From NCBI GenBank assembly GCA_040767085.1, contig JAXGPF010000005.1, positions 160,001 through 224,000 of the forward strand: 64,000 nucleotides of DNA, written 5' to 3'. This document shows, one piece after another, positions 47,705 to 58,311 of this stretch. The number at the start of each line of letters is the position of its first letter. Position 1 is the first letter of the stretch. Made by a program: the position numbers and the translations under genes. Origin of the DNA: Kiritimatiellia bacterium. GTDB lineage: Bacteria; Verrucomicrobiota; Kiritimatiellia; JAAZAB01. The notes beneath the pieces were generated by a model. That model searched no databases and was not told where the DNA came from. It worked only from the letters and a program-made list of their open reading frames with translations.

Positions 47705-49756
47705 TCATGGTTCCCCGGCGCATTGCGCCACGGCCTGCCGCACCCGGGCAAGCATCCCGCGCCAGGCATTGCCGCCGGCTCCGGGCGGCGGCGGGCCGGG
47801 TTCGACGCTGCGCATCAGCAGGTCATCCATTTGCCCGGACACGACAGCCAGGGTCTCCACGGCCGCCGCGAATTCGCCGGCGGCCAGGTCTAACCGCGCC
47901 CGGCGCTCCGCTGCCGGGATGACCGCGGGCGCGGCCGCTGTAAAAATCCCGTTCAGGCGTTGAATTGCGTCAATGAGCGCCAGCACCAGCTTTGTTTCCA
48001 CGGCAAACGTCGGATCCTGGTGCGATGCGACCAGCGCTAAAGCTTTTTGGCAGGTAATTTTCCGCGCTTCAAAATCCGTGATTACGGCAAAAGGCCGGAA
48101 CAGCCCCGCGCCCAGTGGCAGCCGTTCGCCTTTTTCCAGTTGCCCGATCGCTGTTTTCCAAGCGGAACCCGCCGGGACGAAGGCGTGAATATTTTCCAGG
48201 GCGCACTCCACCGGCCCCATCAGCGCAATCCAGCGGCCGATTTTATCCGGCGCTTCCAAACCGCGGCGCGTGGCCCAGGCCGTCCCCAGGGCGGCGGCAT
48301 CCCGGCCGTTGATATTCCACGACCATTCGGCCAGGGCGCTGACATGGAAATTGTATAATTCCCGTTCCCAGAGCCCCTTCACCTGTTCGTAGCCCCCTTT
48401 AACATCCGCGGGCGGCTTGACCGGCGCCCAACTGTAAACGCCGCTCCAACGATTAGTATAAAGGCGGTGCATGACCGCGGGTATGTCCTGCGCGCCCCAG
48501 AACCGCAAGGCGGCCTGCGGTGAAAGGCGCGATCCGTTCAACGTCGCCACCCAGCGGCCGCTGGCGGCATATTCATCAAACGCCTGGTTGAAGCCGTAAA
48601 CTTTCCCGGCTTTGATTTCCGGCGGCAGCAATTTCAGGCAGGCGTAACTCTCGGCCAGGTCATTGGAGTACCCCGCCCAACCCTGGGTGAACAAAATGCG
48701 GCCGGACACCTCGGGATGCTTTTGACGGAGTTCCCGTAAAACCGCGCAGGCCACCTGCGTTTCCATCACAATTTGGGGGATGCCCGACCGCAGGCAGGCC
48801 GCGCATTCGCATTGCACCGGCGTCAACTCCGAGAGCCAGATGCCGATCTCCCGCGCCCCCTGCCGCACCGCGTCTTCGGCCCATTCCATGAGGATTTTCT
48901 GGAACAGCGGATTGGACGCGCAGGGACAGATAGCCTGGTTCCGGTGATAGTAGGAGCTTTTCGCCCGGGCGCCTTGGCCGACCAGTTCTGGATAAACATC
49001 CTGCATGCCATACCGGGCAAAAAAATCCAGATGGGGGCAGCGGGTTTCGAGATGGAATGGACGGACGCTGGCCGCCGGATAAGCGTTGGTTGGCATCCGC
49101 AGGCACTGGACCGGCTGGCCGGTTGTAAAGCCTATGCCGGCGGGCGCCAGCGAGTAGTTGAGCTTCAGCGTTGCCAGCCACGGAATCTGCGACAGGCTGT
49201 TGTTCCAAAGACCGCGTTCATCAAAATCCGGCCAGTCCGCAACCCGTGCCAGCGGAATCAGCGCCTGGCCGGGCGTCAGCCTTGGTTCGAGCATCTGGAT
49301 CAGGGTCTGGACGCCGAAATAAACGCCCGCGGCATTCCAGCCGGCGACCAGCAACTGGTTCGTGCCCGCGGGTTCGATGAGATAGGCCTGCTCCGGACTG
49401 GGCCGGGTTTTCAACGCCGCGGCCCCGCTGGCGCGCAGGGATTCCACGGCGCCGGATTGATCGAAAACCCCGATCACGATCCGGAAAAGCGCGCCGGTGG
49501 GATCCGCGCCGGTGCGGGCCTTGAAAACCGCGCGCAGTTCGCGGAGCGCCTGCTGTTCGATGGCGCCGGCGCCGCGCGCCGGAAAGACGCCGATATCCCG
49601 CGGGGTTCCCCGGAACGCATGACTGAGGGAAAGTTCATGGGGCAGCGGCAGCAGGTGATTCCGCCACTCCGCCTGCGCCTCCGGGGTTAACGACTCGACC
49701 TGGGCCCATCCCGCGCAACCGATGCAACATATCACTAATAATCCCATCCGCCGCAT
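47705..49756 (-). CDS. Secreted glycoside hydrolase-like protein with GH20 zincin-like N-domain
   Basis: Signal peptide, HLLPLP, EQAYLI, GVYFGVQTLIQM, ADWPDFDERGLW, CECAAC. Confidence 0.7.
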   Translation of the reverse strand: MRRMGLLVICCIGCAGWAQVESLTPEAQAEWRNHLLPLPHELSLSHAFRGTPRDIGVFPARGAGAIEQQALRELRAVFKARTGADPTGALFRIVIGVFDQSGAVESLRASGAAALKTRPSPEQAYLIEPAGTNQLLVAGWNAAGVYFGVQTLIQMLEPRLTPGQALIPLARVADWPDFDERGLWNNSLSQIPWLATLKLNYSLAPAGIGFTTGQPVQCLRMPTNAYPAASVRPFHLETRCPHLDFFARYGMQDVYPELVGQGARAKSSYYHRNQAICPCASNPLFQKILMEWAEDAVRQGAREIGIWLSELTPVQCECAACLRSGIPQIVMETQVACAVLRELRQKHPEVSGRILFTQGWAGYSNDLAESYACLKLLPPEIKAGKVYGFNQAFDEYAASGRWVATLNGSRLSPQAALRFWGAQDIPAVMHRLYTNRWSGVYSWAPVKPPADVKGGYEQVKGLWERELYNFHVSALAEWSWNINGRDAAALGTAWATRRGLEAPDKIGRWIALMGPVECALENIHAFVPAGSAWKTAIGQLEKGERLPLGAGLFRPFAVITDFEARKITCQKALALVASHQDPTFAVETKLVLALIDAIQRLNGIFTAAAPAVIPAAERRARLDLAAGEFAAAVETLAVVSGQMDDLLMRSVEPGPPPPGAGGNAWRGMLARVRQAVAQCAGEP

Positions 49757-49799
49757 GCTCATTTCCTCGTTGAAAGCTGCCGTTTGTTCAACGGTGCGT

Positions 49800-50585
49800 C
49801 TAATCATCCGCCGGCGGAAACAAAATCCTGACGGCGCACCGGGCTTCCGCGGCGTCGTTCGTCGCAGGGATCAGCGCCGGAACCACGCTGATGTAATAGA
49901 CATATTGAGAAACACGGTCATCCACAAACACCCCCTCTTTGCCTTCAATGATTTCCAGGCCCATCCTCCGCGGGCCTGTCAGGCCGGACCAATGCAGCTC
50001 CGCCGCGCGCCAGCCGCCGAAAAACTTGCGCCAGCCGCGATCCGCGCGGATGCTGAAAAACGGCGGCAGAAAGATTTGCTCGACCTGGCCGGTAGCCCCG
50101 GTCACGTTCAACTGCGCCCCCCGGGTATCGTCCCGGCCATAAAAATATTCCGGGTTGAATTGCACCTGATAACGGATTTCGGGATTGTTACGGTATTCCG
50201 GCTTGACCTGGAGGTTAAAACACAATTCCAGACTGTTTGCGCCGAACGTGACCCGGCGCACCAGTTTACCGGCCGGATCATCGGTATTGATTTCAAACCA
50301 GTTGCTTCCCATGCAGGTTTTAACGCCATCATACCACCGGCCGAATAGCGGTTCAACAGCTCGCCCGCCGGACTGGAATGTATAACGGTCCCTGACAACC
50401 AGCGGCCACTCGTCCCGGTTGAGCCGCAGGCTGCCATAATACAGGCGCAGGCGGCAATCATTAAAGGTCGCCGCGGTGACGTCCTGCGCAGCGCGCGTTT
50501 CCGCGCGGGCGATGCCGGACCATATCACCAAGCCGGCGATCATGCCGGCCGGCAAAATCCTTGGTGCCCAGCGCATCGCCGTCAT
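49800..50585 (-). CDS. Secreted hypothetical protein
   Basis: Signal-like N-terminus, beta-rich; overlaps the upstream stop. Confidence 0.65.
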   Translation of the reverse strand: MTAMRWAPRILPAGMIAGLVIWSGIARAETRAAQDVTAATFNDCRLRLYYGSLRLNRDEWPLVVRDRYTFQSGGRAVEPLFGRWYDGVKTCMGSNWFEINTDDPAGKLVRRVTFGANSLELCFNLQVKPEYRNNPEIRYQVQFNPEYFYGRDDTRGAQLNVTGATGQVEQIFLPPFFSIRADRGWRKFFGGWRAAELHWSGLTGPRRMGLEIIEGKEGVFVDDRVSQYVYYISVVPALIPATNDAAEARCAVRILFPPADD

Positions 50586-53320
50586 GGCGCGCCTGCCTTC
50601 CCCGCCGGCTCGTTCCCGGCCAGGCGCAGGGATCCGGCAATGTCCGCGCCGCGCGCCTTGAAATACGCGATCGCGTCGGCGTTGCTGGTCCGGTTCAGGT
50701 CGTAGAAAGCCAGGCGGAAGCGGCCGGTGCCCTTCTTGAAATGCAGGGAAGTCAGCGCCACCCGGCTGCTGATATTGATATCCATCCAGTGAATATTTTC
50801 AGGATCAATGACCAGCGCGCAGGGGCCGTCCGGAATCGTACTGACGCCAGCCCGGATGATCTCGCGCGGGAAATCGTTCTTGCGGTCGTGGAACAAGAAC
50901 CAGTTTTCCCGTTCCAGATCCACATACATGAACGATCCGTGCGGTAATTCGCGTTTGGCCGTCATAACCCATTTATCCATTTCGTCGTCCCGCCACTCGT
51001 TGGATGCGCCCACCGCCGGGGCGCAGATGCAGGTCATGCGCAGGGTATGCGGTTTGCGGCCCAGGGGCTTCACCGTCCCATCCAGCAACAACCCGCCGTC
51101 GGGGAGCATGGAAAAGACAATGGTCACGCCCGCATAATCGAGCGACCAGTCGCATTGAATCGCCTGAGCGTTCGCGCCCAGCTCAACGACCCGCATCTCC
51201 GGGACGGCATTGCCGAGGGACATGCCGTTGACTTCAAGATTGAAAAATTCCACGAACCAATTCCGCTTGGACGGCGAAGTCATGCCGAATCCCGCCGAAG
51301 GCAGGCTGACGCTGTAAATATCGCCGTGCTCATCGGCCGTCACCGCCCAGGGCATGACATACATCAGCAAGGGGCTGGCAAGGCGCAAGGTCCGGCTCAG
51401 CTCCTTCCGGTTGCCTTGATGGGGCTGGGAGCGTTCCACCAGGGGCGTCACCTCCGCCCGCACGGCGTATTCGGCATTTACCAGTTCCCCCATGATCTTG
51501 TCGGCATTCCGGGCGTATTCCACCGGGTCATCCTTGTCGCAATCCAGGAGCACGAATTCCTGGTGCGCTACCGTCGCTTGCCTGGCTGCAAGCATGCGCT
51601 CCAGCAAAGCATGCGCGGCGGGATATTCCTGCCGTAATCGCGCCATGGTTGCCGCGGTATCCGGCGTAAAAGCGCTGAGATCGTTATAGGCCAGGCAGAT
51701 TCGCCTGAATTTCCGTTTCCACTCCTGGTAAACCGGCACGGCCTCCGGACCAAACACGCGCGCGGCCAGCGCGGCATCGTATTCCGGCCAGGCTTCGTTC
51801 GAGAAGGTCGCGGGGGACCAGGCATATTGCGCAAACGCCAGCGTCGGCTGCAGCAGGTCGCGGCACAAATAGGCGCCGCGCGAACGTTGCGGCATGGTCT
51901 GCAGCCAGGCCATCTGCTCCGGCGAATAAACCTGCTCGACCGTCTGGGAGTTGATGGCGAGCTCGATCCCCCACGGCGCAAAGGGGGTGAATCCCGCAAA
52001 AAAGGCGTTGGCACGGCCGAGCGGTTTAAACACGGATTTATACCGCGTATATCCCATGAAAAATGAAGCATTGTTAAACCAGTGGATATAATTCGGCATG
52101 CCCATGGACTTCAAGACGGCGGTCGCAGCCGGATCGGGCATGCAATGGAATACATTGACCTCCTTGAACAAGGGCGCTTGCATGGCGCCCAGGTATTCCT
52201 CCAAATATTGCCGGCCGTCGTAGATTAAATCCGGCGCAAAATATCCGTTGGTCCAGCTCGCGGGCGGGCCAAAATACGTGTACGGGCAGGTTTGAATGGC
52301 GCGCCCGCCGTGCCGGTCCGCCGCCTCCTTGATATGTTTGACCCACAAGGCGTTATCCTGGCCCAAGCCGATGCCCCCTGCTCGGCACCGCTCGCAGGCG
52401 CGCCAGGCCGCGCTGTGTTCTTTCCTTAAATCATCGAAATTGACGCGAAAACTGTCCACCCCCGCCTGGCAATACTGCTCAATGAGTTTTTGAATCCACC
52501 GCGCGTTATGCGGGTCGCTGGCGCATAAATGATCAGCATTGAAGGTCTTGCATAATCCCCGATAATAAAAGGGCATTTCAACCTGCAAGCCGCGCCGATG
52601 GCACTCCGACAAAAAGATTTTCAAATCGGCCAGTTCTTGATCGTTTAATCCGTCCTTTTCCTGATCCTGCTCCATGTCGAACGTGACGTAGGGGCTGTTC
52701 GGGCTGATCCGGTTGAAACGCAACCGCGCATAGACATCCAGAAAACTCCACAAGGACTGCTTGGCGGGAAACGACGTGATGGCCCGGACGGGGAAGCCGG
52801 AATAATCCTCGATTTTCACCTGCGGCAGCCGGAGGACGCCGGCGCTGCGCCGCGGCAACTGGGCCAGTGTGAAGGCGCCGTAGAGTGCGCCGGCATCATC
52901 CGCGCCGGCCACCACGCCGCAGGCGCCGCGGGTAAAGAGCTGAAAACCATCCGGGCGCATTGACTGCGCGTCCGGCATCTCGCCGATCCGGTCCAACGCC
53001 GCCTTGACATGGGGCGCGCCAAGGCGGCCGATGGCCAGCACGGTTGCGCCGGTTGCCGGCGCGTCATTGAAATCAGCGACACAAACGGCAGCCACGCGCA
53101 AGTAACGGTACAGATCGTTGGTCAATTGCCCGACGGCATATTGCGCTTGCGCGCCGGGCGCCCGGCCCTGAACAACAACCACCCGCTCAGGAATTACGGC
53201 AGCTTCCGCTGTTACAACCGTTTTCTGCGGCATGGGATAAAGAAACAAATTCCCCTCCGCAATCCCGCGCCATACACCGCAAACACCGACCAGCACCAGG
53301 AATAACAACCGCTTGCACAT
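50582..53320 (-). CDS. Secreted glycoside hydrolase: GH20 zincin-like N-domain plus GH84-like barrel
   Basis: Signal peptide, LYPMPQ, GALYGAFTLAQL, IEDYSGFPVR, GVDSFRVNFDD, TCPYTY. Confidence 0.7.
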   Translation of the reverse strand: MCKRLLFLVLVGVCGVWRGIAEGNLFLYPMPQKTVVTAEAAVIPERVVVVQGRAPGAQAQYAVGQLTNDLYRYLRVAAVCVADFNDAPATGATVLAIGRLGAPHVKAALDRIGEMPDAQSMRPDGFQLFTRGACGVVAGADDAGALYGAFTLAQLPRRSAGVLRLPQVKIEDYSGFPVRAITSFPAKQSLWSFLDVYARLRFNRISPNSPYVTFDMEQDQEKDGLNDQELADLKIFLSECHRRGLQVEMPFYYRGLCKTFNADHLCASDPHNARWIQKLIEQYCQAGVDSFRVNFDDLRKEHSAAWRACERCRAGGIGLGQDNALWVKHIKEAADRHGGRAIQTCPYTYFGPPASWTNGYFAPDLIYDGRQYLEEYLGAMQAPLFKEVNVFHCMPDPAATAVLKSMGMPNYIHWFNNASFFMGYTRYKSVFKPLGRANAFFAGFTPFAPWGIELAINSQTVEQVYSPEQMAWLQTMPQRSRGAYLCRDLLQPTLAFAQYAWSPATFSNEAWPEYDAALAARVFGPEAVPVYQEWKRKFRRICLAYNDLSAFTPDTAATMARLRQEYPAAHALLERMLAARQATVAHQEFVLLDCDKDDPVEYARNADKIMGELVNAEYAVRAEVTPLVERSQPHQGNRKELSRTLRLASPLLMYVMPWAVTADEHGDIYSVSLPSAGFGMTSPSKRNWFVEFFNLEVNGMSLGNAVPEMRVVELGANAQAIQCDWSLDYAGVTIVFSMLPDGGLLLDGTVKPLGRKPHTLRMTCICAPAVGASNEWRDDEMDKWVMTAKRELPHGSFMYVDLERENWFLFHDRKNDFPREIIRAGVSTIPDGPCALVIDPENIHWMDINISSRVALTSLHFKKGTGRFRLAFYDLNRTSNADAIAYFKARGADIAGSLRLAGNEPAGKAGAP

Positions 53321-53367
53321 GGCAAGCCTCCTCTCTTCGTAATTTGGGAGTTACCGGCGATGTTCCC

Positions 53368-54720
53368 CTAAATTTTAACAAAAGGCCGGTTGGCCTTGAT
53401 CAATTCATCCGCCATCTGCCGGATCTGCGCCGGTTTCAGCCCCGCGCATTGGGGGTCGCGGTATAATGCCTGCAGCAGCAGGTTGCGGTCACTTTGTAAG
53501 ATGCCCGCCACGGTCCATTTCTGGCAAAGCGCCGGCGGACGCATGACTTCCAGCAGGTGTTCGGGAATATGCTCCACCATGATCGCCCGCACCCCCATCC
53601 CGTCCACCACGCCGAGCGTCTCCACGCAGGCCCCGGCCGGCAGGCCGGGTATCTGCCCCGTGTTGATTTTATTCACCGCGTCCGTAAACGGCTGATTCGC
53701 GAGGAAGGCCCGGATCATTTCCGCCCCCGTTTCCCGTGTTTTGGACGGCATGGCTTTTGCGCCGGAAATCCAGTCGGCGATATTCCGGTCTCTTTGGCGC
53801 AAGCCCCGGCGCCGGTGAAATATTTCCGTCCGCCGGATGTCGCAGTATTTGATCACATCGTATTTTTCGGACGCCGCCCGCAAGGGGTAGCGCGCGGGAT
53901 TGTTCGCCACGGCAAAGGACAGGAATTCGCAGGTATGCCGGTCGCCGGGATACGGCAGGTAGCCGAACGTTTCGTAGAGTTCGGCGCAGAGCAGATGCCC
54001 GGACGAGAATCCGATTTCATCGGCGCTCTTCCGCGGCAGGATGTCCGCCAGTTTTTTACGTTTCAACATGGCCCGCAACCGCCGGTACCCGTCATCCCGG
54101 CCGATCTTGAAATCCACCACCCATGTGAAATGGTTCACACCGGCGATGGATAATGAAATCCGGCGCCAATCTTCCAGCCCGAAAATTTTCTGGATGATGT
54201 CCTTGGTTTCAAAATAGGCATGACAGAGCCCGACGGACGGGTTGCCGCAGCATTGCTGGAGCGTCGCCGTCAACGCCGCCATCGGGTTGGTGTAATTGGC
54301 GATGAAGGCGTCGGGACAATACCGCTGGAAGTCTTCCGCGAATGCCCGGAAGACCGGAATGTTGCGAATGGCCCGGGACCAACCGCCGGGCCCGCTGGTA
54401 TCGCCCACGGTCGCAAAGATTCCATATCGTTCCGGGATTTTCAGGTCATGCGCCATGGCGTCCAGGCCGCCGGTGGCGATGGTGATAATCACGGCATCCG
54501 CGCCGCGCAGCGCCTTTTTCCGGTCGGTGAACTTCAGATATTTATTCTTGCGCCGGTGATGGCGGTTGGCGGCCCGGCCCCACGCCGCGCAGGCGTCCAG
54601 GGCTGGCGGAGCAATATCCACCAGGCGTATTTCAAGCGGTTCGTCAAAAACACAGGTGAGATCGGTGATCAGGCGGGGCGCCCACATGGCGCTGGCGCCC
54701 AGGATGCAAATGTTATACAT
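53368..54720 (-). CDS. Family 4 glycoside hydrolase (alpha-galactosidase/glucosidase-like)
   Basis: ICILGAS, DTSGPGG, NYTNPM, GLCH, GVNHFTW, DRHTCEF. Confidence 0.9.
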   Translation of the reverse strand: MYNICILGASAMWAPRLITDLTCVFDEPLEIRLVDIAPPALDACAAWGRAANRHHRRKNKYLKFTDRKKALRGADAVIITIATGGLDAMAHDLKIPERYGIFATVGDTSGPGGWSRAIRNIPVFRAFAEDFQRYCPDAFIANYTNPMAALTATLQQCCGNPSVGLCHAYFETKDIIQKIFGLEDWRRISLSIAGVNHFTWVVDFKIGRDDGYRRLRAMLKRKKLADILPRKSADEIGFSSGHLLCAELYETFGYLPYPGDRHTCEFLSFAVANNPARYPLRAASEKYDVIKYCDIRRTEIFHRRRGLRQRDRNIADWISGAKAMPSKTRETGAEMIRAFLANQPFTDAVNKINTGQIPGLPAGACVETLGVVDGMGVRAIMVEHIPEHLLEVMRPPALCQKWTVAGILQSDRNLLLQALYRDPQCAGLKPAQIRQMADELIKANRPFVKI

Positions 54721-54739
54721 AAACCGCGCTCCTCCTTCA

Positions 54740-56645
54740 TTATTCCGCCGGACAGGCCGCGCCGGCGGACGCATTAATTTTGACCCGCCGCCCGGTTTGC
54801 CGCAGGTACCGCACCATGTCCGGCAGGTCGCCATCCCGTAAAATGCCGCGCGCCATGCCGGATAATGGCCAGTCATGCAAATCGGCCTGGATGATGGCGG
54901 CATAGGATTTGAGCGTATCCGTGAGGGTGACATCGCAAACATGACGGTCCAGCACCGCGGCCATCAAGGCGTGCAGACCGCCCAACCCGCGCCCGGCGAG
55001 CGCAAACGCGGCATGGCCGCGGCGGCGCAGAAAGCGCAAAACCGCCAGGACGTCATAGACGCGCCGGCCCAGCAGGGAATCCCCCAGCATATCGCAATAG
55101 GAAGCATACATGAAATCCGCGCTGCAGCGCGCCCAAAATGGTTCGGTGAGCCGGCCGGTGCGCGGGAGGGATTCCCCCAGGCCGCGGACGTCCAGGACAA
55201 AATAATCCGTTTCCGGCGGCCGTCCTTCCGGCGCGTTCAGATAACCGAGATGCGGCAGGTGGATGGTTGTAATTTTATCCGCGGCGGGAATATCGAACCA
55301 TAGTTCCCGGGAATAGCGCTTTAAGACGGCAAAGACCTGCGCTTCGGTTTCAATCGCGAAGCGCGAAACATGGCGCTGCCGCCGGCTGTCATAAAACGGG
55401 CGCAATACGCGATAAGGCAAGGCGCCGTCCGGCCGCGCGGCAATGCCCAAACAGCTTTGCAAGCGCCCCGGCGCAAACACCGGCCGGCGGCGCCGGACCG
55501 CCCGGTACGCTTGCCGCGTGAATGCATAGATCGGCCGGCTGCCGGCCAGCGCCACCTGCCCGCCGCGCGTAACATTCAACTCCGCCGGCTCAAACAACCC
55601 TGCCGGCCGGCATATTGCGCGCCGGGGTAATCCCGGCCTGGCGGCAGAAAAACGCGGCCATGGCGGCGCCCATCTCCGGACCATAGCCATGCCCGCCTTT
55701 TTCAACCATGAGCCGGATGTTGGCGGATTTGCCCAACAGTGAATATACCCGGCGTAAATGCCGATAGGCTTCCCGGGCGCCGCGCAGATCGAAGTAATCG
55801 TTTTCCTTGGCGAGGATGAGCACCGGCCGCGGCGCGGCGGCGGTCAGATGGTCATACAATTCATAGCCGCGCCCGATGATCCCCGGCGGATATTGTTCCG
55901 AGTCGGCCGCCAATTCGTTATGGAGATTGCGGCGGTAAGTGGTGATGAAACACCCCGGGGCGCCCATGGTCAGGCGCTCGTCCAACGCCAGCATCACGGC
56001 GCTCATGGTGCCGCCGCCGGAATGCCCGGTCACCCCCGCCACCGCCGGGTTGGCCTGCGGCAGCGCCAGCAGCAAGTCCAAACCGCGCACGGCATCCCAG
56101 GCCCGCCAGGCGCCGAAAAATCCGCCAACCAGATATTGCTGGTTGCCGGCCAGGATGTGCTCAACCACGCAGCGCGTTATCTGTTGTTTGTATTCCAGGT
56201 ATTGCGAACGTTCGCCCTGGCCGATCGGGTCAATGATCAGCGTTAAAAAACCCTGCGCCGCGAGCCCGGCGCAGAGCTGCTGGTAACGCGGCGCCGCCTT
56301 CCCGATATCGGCGTGTTCGCATAATACCAGCACGCAGGGGAACGGGCCGGCGCCGCGCGGAACGTACAGATTCGCCGTAACGAAAAATCGCAGCCGGCTT
56401 TCATAAAGCACCTTTTGAATATTATATGACCCGGTTTTGATTTCACCCGTAATGCGCGCATTTAGCGGCGTTTTTTCCTCCGGCAGGTTGTAAATTTGTT
56501 GCATGTCCGCCCGGACAGCCGCCACATGGCGCGCCATAGCCGCGCGATTATTGATGGCGGCAAACCGCGCCGCGCGCGGCGCCAGGCAGGCATCCACCCG
56601 GCGTTCAATGTAATCCTGCAGCATGCGCGGAAATAATGCGTCCAT
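54740..56645 (-). pseudogene. Frameshifted two-domain acetyl-xylan-esterase-like hydrolase (paralog of 40525-42483)
   Basis: ORFs 55590-56645 and 54740-55705 match the two halves of the intact paralog. The 1906-nt span is 3n+1, with the shift near 55600-55620. Confidence 0.75.
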
Positions 56646-56699
56646 AATTTCAACTGATTAAAATATCCTGGCTGATCACCGTTCAGCCCTGCCGGCCTT

Positions 56700-56939
56700 C
56701 CCGCTCCGGGGATAAACAATCCGCGTCAGCGCCCCGCCCCGGCGCGCCGATTTGACGGCGCAAATTCCGGGCAAGGTCATCCGCAGCCCCTAGCGCAAGC
56801 CGATCGGCGCCGGCCCGCCTGAGCGGACGGCATTGATACAAGCTTCCAGCATTGCGTAATCCAAACCGCCGCGGCTGCTGTTAAACTCGCCATGCGGGGA
56901 GCCGCATCCCCCCAATCCCAACCTGATTGCTTTGCTCAT
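56700..56939 (-). pseudogene. Internally deleted Gfo/Idh/MocA oxidoreductase remnant
   Basis: MSKAIRLGLGGCG (Rossmann start) is joined in frame to GGLDYAMLEACINAVRSGGPAPIGLR*GLRMTLPGICAVKSARRGG...IVYP (typical C-terminus). TAG at 56790-56792; RBS AGGA. Confidence 0.65.
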
Positions 56940-56975
56940 GGATTTCCTGAATACATGTTAAGCGAGCCGCCCGGA

Positions 56976-58037
56976 TCAAGCCAAAGCCCGGCATGATTCG
57001 CGGACCACCAGTTCCGCGGGCACAAATTCCACCTGCCGTTCCGTTATCTTCCCGGCGTGTATCCGGCCAAGCAATTGGACGGCGCGCCGGCCCATCTCTT
57101 CCAAAGGCTGCCGCACCGCCGTCAAACCCGGCATCCAGGGATGAAACGGATGGGGAACATCGTCAAATGCCAGGACGGCGATGTCGTCCGGCACCCGCAG
57201 ACCAACCTCGCGGATCAACGCCAGCACCCGCGGCACCACATTACCCATCAGCAAAAATAACGCCGTGATTTTCCGCTCCGCCAGCAACCGCCGCAGCCGG
57301 GACAGGTTTTCCGGTTGATCATCGAGAAAAACCGCATGTTCCTCCGTTTGACCCGCCCCGGGCGCCCGCGCCGCCCGCGCCCCGGCCAGCCGGTGTTGGA
57401 TAAAGCCCGGCCCGCTGGCAGTTGCCACCAGGGCCACCCGGCGATGTCCCAGCCCGATTAAATACTCCATGGCCCGGCGCGCCCAAACGGCATGGTCAAT
57501 AGTTACACAGTGAAAAGGGTGTTCCGACGGCAGGCGATTGATCAAGACCACCGGAGTTTTCGGCTGCAGCTTCTGCAAGCTGTCAATCCGCCGATGGTCA
57601 AACGAAATACCGATGTAACCGAGTAAATCCGGGGCACGCTCCAGCAAGGCGTTGTCATTGAGAAATTCCAGCCGGCACTTGTTTGCCTCCGCCGCCTGCT
57701 GGATGCCGTAGAAAATCGGACCAAAAAATATCCCGGCCGGCCGGTTAGCGGTAAAATTGAAACTGATGGCGAGAATCCGCCGGCCCACCGGCGGCAAGCC
57801 GGCATGGCTGTCCGCCACAAAGGTCCCCTTCCCCGGCCGGCGATAGATCAATCCGCGCGTTTCCAGCTCCCGCAAAGCCTGCCGTACCGAAACGCGGCTG
57901 ATGCCGTATTTACCGCTTAAGGCTTTTTCAGACGGCAAACATTGACCGGCAAACCATTTACCGCTGCGGATGGATTGGCCGAGTTCATCAACCAGCGGCT
58001 GAAAAATTTTCCCGGCTTTATCTGCACGCTTGCGCAT
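56976..58037 (-). CDS. GntR-HTH / LacI-type sensor transcriptional regulator (AraR-like)
   Basis: LPSEKALSGKYGISRVSVRQAL...GKGTFV; VPDDIAVLAFDD, LTAVRQP, LVVRES. Confidence 0.9.
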   Translation of the reverse strand: MRKRADKAGKIFQPLVDELGQSIRSGKWFAGQCLPSEKALSGKYGISRVSVRQALRELETRGLIYRRPGKGTFVADSHAGLPPVGRRILAISFNFTANRPAGIFFGPIFYGIQQAAEANKCRLEFLNDNALLERAPDLLGYIGISFDHRRIDSLQKLQPKTPVVLINRLPSEHPFHCVTIDHAVWARRAMEYLIGLGHRRVALVATASGPGFIQHRLAGARAARAPGAGQTEEHAVFLDDQPENLSRLRRLLAERKITALFLLMGNVVPRVLALIREVGLRVPDDIAVLAFDDVPHPFHPWMPGLTAVRQPLEEMGRRAVQLLGRIHAGKITERQVEFVPAELVVRESCRALA

Positions 58038-58276
58038 ATCATTCTCCTGAACGAATACACATGTATTTATATCATGTATGCATCAAATGTCAAATTTTTC
58101 CGGTTTTGAAAATTCCCCGGGCTGTTTTTTGGTTCATTGCTGGAGACAGGCTTCCCCTGCCGGCGCGGACGCCTGAGATCGGCCATGACAATCCTCCTGA
58201 ATTTTGCACGCTGCATGATTGCCTCCAATCAATCCAACGCCAATATGCATGTAAAATTCAGGAACCAACAAAATAT

Positions 58277-58311
58277 TTGCATGACCGGCATCCCTTTTGT
58301 ATAGTTTTTCG
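58277..58311 (+). promoter_or_regulatory. Putative leaderless promoter
   Basis: TTGCAT-17 bp-TATAGT-6 bp-ATG(58312), no SD. Confidence 0.5.
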
